64,000 nucleotides of DNA from Halostella limicola (GTDB taxonomy: Archaea; Halobacteriota; Halobacteria; Halobacteriales; Natronoarchaeaceae). The notes under the pieces are model-generated. The model did not search any database. It had not been told where the DNA came from and saw nothing but the letters and a program-made list of their open reading frames with translations. The stretch lies in assembly GCF_003675875.1 (NCBI RefSeq), contig NZ_RCDI01000002.1:124786-188785 (forward strand), given 5' to 3'. The position numbers and the translations under genes were made by a program. Positions 58,216 through 64,000 of this stretch are shown one piece after another. Within the stretch, counting starts at the first letter, position 1. Each line of letters starts with the position of its first letter.

Positions 58216-59706
58216 ATGACCGCACAGGCTGCCCAGCAGGAGGACCTCGCGACCGTCATCGGGCTGGAGGTCCACGTCCAGCTGGAGACGGACACGAAGA
58301 TCTTCTGTGGCTGTTCGACCGACGCCGCCGACGCCGAGCCGAACACGCGCACCTGTCCCGTCTGCCTCGGCCTCCCCGGCGCCTTGCCCGTGATCAACGA
58401 GGCGGCCGTCGAGGGAGCCGTGAAGGTTGGGAAGGCGATCGACGCCGACATCCCCGAGGAGACGGCGTTCCACCGGAAGAACTACTACTATCCCGACCTG
58501 CCGAAGAACTTCCAGATCACGCAGTACGACGCGCCGCTGTGTCGGGACGGTGAACTGGAGTTCAGCGTGGGCGGCGAGCGCCGCACCGTCGGCATCCGCC
58601 GCGCGCACCTGGAGGAGGACCCCGGGAGCCTCCAGCACAAGGGCGGGAGCATCGACACCGCCGACTACACCCTCGTCAACTACAACCGCGCGGGGACGCC
58701 GCTGATGGAGATCGTCACCCGCCCCGACTTCCGGGGCTCCGAGGAGGTTCGATCCTTCCTCGCCAAACTGGAGGAGGTGCTCGAGTACCTCGGCGTCTTC
58801 GACAGCACGCGCGACGGGAGCCTCCGCGTCGACGCCAACCTGAGCATCGTCCCCGGCGACGCGGTCGGCGAGGACGGCGAGATCGGCGAGGAGGCCCTGG
58901 AGGCCGCCAACCGCACCGAAGTGAAGAACATCACCAGCCACAAGGGCGCGGAGAAGGCGCTGGCCTACGAGGAGACCCGCCAGAAAAACGCCATCCAGCG
59001 CGGCCGCGAGGTCGAGCAGGAGACGCGCCACTGGGACGAGTCCCGGGGCATCACCGTCTCGATGCGCTCGAAGGAGGAGGAGAAGGACTACCGCTACTTC
59101 CGCGAGGCCGACCTGCCGCCGCTGCGTGTCTCGGACTGGAAGGAGCGCATCGACATCCCCGAACTCCCCGACGCCCGCCGCGAGCGCTTCCGCGAGGAGT
59201 ACGACCTGAGCGGGGAGGCGGCTTCGAAGCTCACCTCCACGAAGGCGGTCGCCGACTTCTACGAGGACCTGGCGAGCGAGTTCGACCCGGACCTCGCCGC
59301 GACGTGGGTCGCCGACAACCTGCTCGGCGAACTCAACTACCGCGACATGGAGATCGCGTCGATCGAGGGCCGGCTCGACGAGGTCCGCCGCCTCGTCGAA
59401 CTCGTCGCCGAGGACGAGATCACCGCCAAGAACGCTCGCGAAACGGTGCTGCGCCGGATGCTCGACGACGGCGACGACCCGGACGCGGTCGTCGAGGACG
59501 AGGGCCTCGGCAAGACCGGCGAGGACGAGGTGCAGCAGGCGGTCGAGGCGGCGATCGACGAGAACCCCGACGCGGTCGAGGATTACTACGACGGCGAGGG
59601 CGGCGCGCTGAACTTCCTCGTCGGCCAGGTCATGCAGGAGACCGGTGGCAGCGCCGACCCCGGCACGGTCAACGAACTCCTGCGCGCCGAACTCGACGAC
59701 GCGTAG
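58216..59706 (+). CDS. gatB: Asp-tRNA(Asn)/Glu-tRNA(Gln) amidotransferase subunit B
   Basis: The N-terminus is GLEVHVQL. It has CGCS...CPVCLGLPG and a YqeY-like tail. Confidence 0.95.
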   Translation: MTAQAAQQEDLATVIGLEVHVQLETDTKIFCGCSTDAADAEPNTRTCPVCLGLPGALPVINEAAVEGAVKVGKAIDADIPEETAFHRKNYYYPDLPKNFQITQYDAPLCRDGELEFSVGGERRTVGIRRAHLEEDPGSLQHKGGSIDTADYTLVNYNRAGTPLMEIVTRPDFRGSEEVRSFLAKLEEVLEYLGVFDSTRDGSLRVDANLSIVPGDAVGEDGEIGEEALEAANRTEVKNITSHKGAEKALAYEETRQKNAIQRGREVEQETRHWDESRGITVSMRSKEEEKDYRYFREADLPPLRVSDWKERIDIPELPDARRERFREEYDLSGEAASKLTSTKAVADFYEDLASEFDPDLAATWVADNLLGELNYRDMEIASIEGRLDEVRRLVELVAEDEITAKNARETVLRRMLDDGDDPDAVVEDEGLGKTGEDEVQQAVEAAIDENPDAVEDYYDGEGGALNFLVGQVMQETGGSADPGTVNELLRAELDDA

Positions 59707-59806
59707 CCGCCAGACGTTTCTGTCGATATCTTTTTGTTTTAGAAGGTATAGTTATGCCGCAGTGTCATCTACTCTCTCTATCTTCGATCGATCGCGTCCG
59801 ACTGGC

Positions 59807-61777
59807 GTGCTGTACGCGGGGCGACACGCCGACCTGGTCGCGGCGGCAGTGGACCTGTTCGAGGAGGGAACCGCGACGTTGACGACCGCGGCGTCGGCGG
59901 ACGAGGCCCTGCAACGAGTCGACGGGTCCGTGGACTGCCTCGTCGTCGACGCGGCCGGCCCCCAGGGCGACGGGACGGACCTGCTCGCCGCCGCGCGGGA
60001 GGAGCGGCCGTCGCTCGCGGGGGTCGTGCTCGTCGAGGGCGACGAGCCAGTTCCGTCCCTCGACGACGGGACGACCAGCGGCGGCCCAACCGACTACGTC
60101 CGTGTGGACGAGGGCGCCGCGACGCTCGCACGCCGTATCCAGCACGTCGTCGCCGCCCACCGGGAGCGCGCCGGTACCCACGAGGAACTGCTGTTGGAGA
60201 TGATCGTCCGGCGGGCCAACGACGCCATCCTCGTCGTCACGGCCGAGAACCGGATCTGCTACGCCAGCGGGGCCGTCGAGGACGTGTTCGGCCGCGACCC
60301 GGACGAGCTGGAGGGCGAACCGGTCACGACGATCATCCCGCCGGCGTACCGGCAGGCGCACCTCGACGGGTTCCGGCGGTACGTCGACGACAATCCGCCG
60401 GGGAACGAGTGGCAGGACATGGCGTTCTCGGCGCTCCACGCCGACGGCCACGAGGTGCCGATCTCGCTGTCGGTGCACGAGGAGGTGTACGAGGGAGAGC
60501 GGCTGTTCGTCGCGATCGTCCGCGACGTCACCGAGCGCGAGCGGCGAGAGCGGGAACTGGAGCGCCAGCGCGACGAACTCGTCGCCCTGAACCGCATCAC
60601 TCAGGTCATCCGCGACGTGGCGCAGGGGCTGGTCGAGGCGTCCTCGCGCGCGGAGATCGAGGAGACCGTCTGCGAGCGCCTGACCGGCGACGGCCCGTAC
60701 GCGTTCGCCTGGATCGGGCAGGAGAACCTCGCCGACGACACGATCGAACCCCGGTCGCGCGCCGGCGCCGGCGACGGCTACCTCGCCGACATCTCCAAGA
60801 CGAACAACGGGAGCATCTGCGGCGAGGGGCCGGCCGGGACCGTGCTCGACACCGGCACCGTGTCCGTCGTGCGGGACATGGCCACCGACGAAGGGTTCGA
60901 GCGGTGGCGCGACCCCGCGCTGGAGCGGGGGTTCCGGTCGGGCGCGGCCGTGCCCCTGCTGTACGATAAGACGATCTACGGCGTTCTGTCGGTCTACTCG
61001 ACCGAGCCGAACGGGTTCGACGAGCGCGACCGCGACGTCCTCGCGGAGCTCGGCCGGACGATCGGCCACGCCATCGCCGCCGTCGAGCGCAAGCAGGCGC
61101 TGGTCACCGACGAGCGGATCGAACTCGAGTTCGGGCTCGTCGACGACGGCTACTTCCCCACCGCCGTGTCGGCGGAGACGGGCGCGACGCTCCGGCTCGA
61201 AGGCGTCACGCTCGCGGCCGACGACACCCCGCTCGCGTACGTCGCCGTCGAGGGCGTCGAGGCCGAGACGATCCGCGAGGCGGCCGCCGACGCGGCGACG
61301 GCCGAGGACGTGACCCTCGTCGACGACGGGGACGACGAGCTGCTGTTCGAGTTCTCGACGACGACCGAAACCGTGACCGCGACGCTCGCGGAGTACGGCG
61401 CGACGATCACGTCGATGGTCGTCGAGGACGGCGAGGCCCGTATCCTCGCGGACGTCTCCGCGGGCGCGGACGTCCGGGCCGTCGTCGACGCGTTGGAAGC
61501 AGAGTTCCCAGGAATCGACCTCGTGGCCCAGCGAACCCGACACCGCGAAATCGAGACCGATGGGCAGTACCGCGAACACCTGCTGGACCGGCTCACCGAC
61601 CGCCAGCGCACCGCGCTGAAGACGGCGTACCGGTCGGGGTACTTCGAGTGGCCGCGGGACCGCACCGCCGAGGAGGTCGCCGAGTCGCTGGGGATCGCGT
61701 CGCCGACCTTCCACAACCACCTGAGGATCGCTCAGGACAAGCTGCTGCGCTTCCTGTTCGAGGACGAGGAGGAGTGA
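59807..61777 (+). CDS. Bat-like (bacterio-opsin activator family) regulator: REC-like, PAS, GAF, HTH_10
   Basis: The N-terminal receiver-like fold lacks clear phospho-Asp context. PAS (VTAENRICYASGAVEDVFG) and GAF domains follow. The C-terminal HTH_10 is TDRQRTALKTAYRSGYFEWPRDRTAEEVAESLGIASPTFHNHLRIAQDKLL. A GTG start is chosen. The AT-rich TATA-like element ttttagaaggtatag lies about 60 bp upstream. Confidence 0.8.
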   Translation: MLYAGRHADLVAAAVDLFEEGTATLTTAASADEALQRVDGSVDCLVVDAAGPQGDGTDLLAAAREERPSLAGVVLVEGDEPVPSLDDGTTSGGPTDYVRVDEGAATLARRIQHVVAAHRERAGTHEELLLEMIVRRANDAILVVTAENRICYASGAVEDVFGRDPDELEGEPVTTIIPPAYRQAHLDGFRRYVDDNPPGNEWQDMAFSALHADGHEVPISLSVHEEVYEGERLFVAIVRDVTERERRERELERQRDELVALNRITQVIRDVAQGLVEASSRAEIEETVCERLTGDGPYAFAWIGQENLADDTIEPRSRAGAGDGYLADISKTNNGSICGEGPAGTVLDTGTVSVVRDMATDEGFERWRDPALERGFRSGAAVPLLYDKTIYGVLSVYSTEPNGFDERDRDVLAELGRTIGHAIAAVERKQALVTDERIELEFGLVDDGYFPTAVSAETGATLRLEGVTLAADDTPLAYVAVEGVEAETIREAAADAATAEDVTLVDDGDDELLFEFSTTTETVTATLAEYGATITSMVVEDGEARILADVSAGADVRAVVDALEAEFPGIDLVAQRTRHREIETDGQYREHLLDRLTDRQRTALKTAYRSGYFEWPRDRTAEEVAESLGIASPTFHNHLRIAQDKLLRFLFEDEEE

Positions 61778-61974
61778 GCGGACGAGGCGCGCGACCGCCC
61801 GCGTTGCGGCGGTGACCGAGCGCCGGTCGACCGTCCCGACGCGGGGTCGTCCGTGCGTCCGAACGCCCGCGTACACGCCCGCACACCCGCGCTGTCGGGC
61901 GGTTTCGCCCCGAAAGGTTTAGGCCCACCCTCGGCCTACCGATCCCCAATGAGTCGAGGACGGAGGGAGACCCG

Positions 61975-64000
61975 GTGGAACTGATCATCACCGAGAAGGA
62001 CAACGCCGCGCGACGGATCGCGGACATCCTCTCCGGCGGGACCGCCGACGCCGAGCGGCGCAACGGCGTCAACGTGTACAAGTGGGGCGGCAAGCGCTGC
62101 GTGGGCCTCTCGGGCCACGTCGTCGGCGTCGACTTCCCCGACGAGTACAGCGACTGGCGCGACGTCGAGCCGGTCGAGCTGATAGATGCCAGCATCGAGA
62201 AGAAGCCGACCCAGGAGAACATCGTCAGCGCGCTCCGCCTGCTCGCCCGGAAGGCCGACGCCGCGACGATCGCCACCGACTACGACCGCGAGGGCGAGCT
62301 CATCGGGAAAGAGGCCTACGAGCTCGTCCGCGACGTGAACGAGGACGCCCCGATCCAGCGGGTGCGGTTCTCGTCGATCACCGAAAACGAGGTCCGGGAG
62401 GCGTTCGACAACCCCGAGGACCTCGACTTCGACCTCGCGGCGGCCGGCGAGGCCCGCCAGATCATCGACCTCGTCTGGGGCGCGGCGCTCACCCGCTTCC
62501 TCTCGCTGTCGGCCGGGCAGCTCGGCGACGACTTCATCAGCGTCGGCCGGGTGCAGAGCCCGACTCTGAAGCTCATTGTCGACCGCGAGCGCGAGATCGA
62601 GGCGTTCGACCCCGAGGACTACTGGGAGCTGTTCGCCGACCTCGCGAAGAACGGCGACGAGTTCGAGGCGCAGTACTTCTACCGCGACGAGGACGGCAAC
62701 GAGGCAGAGCGCGTCTGGGACGAGACCGCCGCCGACGAGGCCCACGAGACGCTCGCCGACGCGGCCGCGGTCACGGTCGACCGCGTCAACCGCCGGACGC
62801 GCACGGACGCGCCGCCGGCCCCGTTCAACACCACGCAGTTCATCCGCGCCGCCGGCAGCCTCGGCTACTCCGCCCAGCGCGCGATGAGCATCGCGGAGGA
62901 CCTCTACACCGCCGGCTACGTCACCTACCCCCGGACCGACAACACGGTCTACCCCGACGACCTGGAGCCGGAGGACCTGCTCGACGAGTTCGTCGGCCAC
63001 CGCGAGTTCGGCGACGACGCCGAGTCGCTGCTGGAGCGCGACGAGATCTCGCCCACCCGCGGCGACGAGGAGACGACCGACCACCCGCCGATCCACCCGA
63101 CCGGCGAGTTCCCCGGCGCGGGCGAGCTCTCCGACGACGAGTGGGAGGTGTACGAGCTCGTCGTCCGGCGCTTCTTCGCGACCGTGGCCGACGACGCCAC
63201 CTGGGAGCACCTCAAGGTCGTCGCGAGCACGGACGGTCTGTCGCTGAAGGCCAACGGCAAGCGCCTCGTCGAGACCGGCTACCACGACGTGTACCCCTAC
63301 TTCTCCACCAGCGAGAACTACGTGCCCGACGTGAGCGAGGGCGAGGAGCTCGCCGTCGGCGACGTTCGGCTGGAGGAGAAACAGACCCAGCCGCCGCGGC
63401 GCTACGGGCAGTCGCGGCTCATCGAGACGATGGAGGACATGGGGATCGGGACGAAGTCGACGCGCCACAACACCATCGAGAAGCTCTACGACCGCGGCTA
63501 CGTCGAGGGCGACCCGCCCCGCCCCACGCAGCTCGCGATGGCCGTCGTCGAGGCGGCCGAGGAGTTCGCGGACCGGGTCACGAGCGAGGAGATGACGAGC
63601 CAGCTTGAGCGGGACATGACCGCGATCGCCGAGGGCGAGGCGACGCTCGACGACGTCACGGACGAGTCCCGCGAGATGCTGGAGACGGTGTTCGACTCGC
63701 TGACCGACTCCCGCGAGGAGATAGGCGACCACCTCCGGAAGTCGCTGAAGGCCGACAAGCGCCTCGGCCCCTGCCCCGAGTGCGGCGACGACCTGCTCGT
63801 CCGCCGGAGCAACCGCGGGTCCGCGTTCGTCGGCTGCGACGGCTACCCCGACTGCGAGTACACCCTCCCGCTCCCGAACACGGGCAAGCCGCTCATCCTC
63901 GACGAGACCTGCGACGAGCACGACCTCCACGAGGTGAAGATGCTCGCCGGGCGCCAGACGTTCGTCCACGGCTGCCCGCAGTGCAAGGCCGACGAGGCCG
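61975..64000 (+). CDS. topA: DNA topoisomerase I (type IA), 3' partial, runs off window end
   Basis: Not in the ORF track because there is no stop in the window. The TOPRIM domain is VELIITEKDNAARRIA. The active-site Tyr region is AGYVTYPRTDN. The C-terminal Zn ribbons are CPECGDDL and CDGYPDCEY. A GTG start is assumed. Confidence 0.9.
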   Translation, partial: MELIITEKDNAARRIADILSGGTADAERRNGVNVYKWGGKRCVGLSGHVVGVDFPDEYSDWRDVEPVELIDASIEKKPTQENIVSALRLLARKADAATIATDYDREGELIGKEAYELVRDVNEDAPIQRVRFSSITENEVREAFDNPEDLDFDLAAAGEARQIIDLVWGAALTRFLSLSAGQLGDDFISVGRVQSPTLKLIVDREREIEAFDPEDYWELFADLAKNGDEFEAQYFYRDEDGNEAERVWDETAADEAHETLADAAAVTVDRVNRRTRTDAPPAPFNTTQFIRAAGSLGYSAQRAMSIAEDLYTAGYVTYPRTDNTVYPDDLEPEDLLDEFVGHREFGDDAESLLERDEISPTRGDEETTDHPPIHPTGEFPGAGELSDDEWEVYELVVRRFFATVADDATWEHLKVVASTDGLSLKANGKRLVETGYHDVYPYFSTSENYVPDVSEGEELAVGDVRLEEKQTQPPRRYGQSRLIETMEDMGIGTKSTRHNTIEKLYDRGYVEGDPPRPTQLAMAVVEAAEEFADRVTSEEMTSQLERDMTAIAEGEATLDDVTDESREMLETVFDSLTDSREEIGDHLRKSLKADKRLGPCPECGDDLLVRRSNRGSAFVGCDGYPDCEYTLPLPNTGKPLILDETCDEHDLHEVKMLAGRQTFVHGCPQCKADEA

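Overview
The window is a high-GC (~68%) chromosomal segment whose proteins are acidic and haloarchaeal in character. Gene content and neighbourhood resemble Halobacterium-type genomes: trpCBA sits beside the archaeal-type shikimate genes aroA' and aroB', with aroD and a tfb gene just downstream. Coding density is about 90% and most genes are core housekeeping. These include a thermosome subunit, membrane LonB followed by a CPBP/Abi protease, trpCBA, aroA', aroB', aroD, TFB, pyruvate kinase, PEP synthase, MetRS, GatB, SMC-ScpA, MTAP, NMNAT, MfnA, and the start of topoisomerase I. I found no rRNA, tRNA, CRISPR array, transposase or integrase. The less ordinary items are as follows. (a) An internally truncated halocyanin-like (cupredoxin) relic that retains a strong TATA box, a Tat/lipobox signal and the type-1 copper loop, but has no canonical start codon. 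(b) An SDR oxidoreductase and a SAM methyltransferase lying between aroA' and aroB'. (c) A cluster upstream of smc encoding a PGF-CTERM secreted protein, a large acidic repetitive secreted protein, and a paralogous extracellular domain fused through a TM helix to a cytoplasmic wHTH. This looks like a transmembrane one-component regulator. (d) A small coiled-coil ORF with an inverted-repeat operator or terminator immediately upstream of smc-scpA. (e) An MGMT-fold protein whose catalytic Cys is replaced by Asp. (f) Four zinc-ribbon proteins of unusual architecture. (g) A 380-bp non-coding gap that contains an AT-rich island. Functional calls come from motif recognition in the translated ORFs. 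Start codons are approximate.
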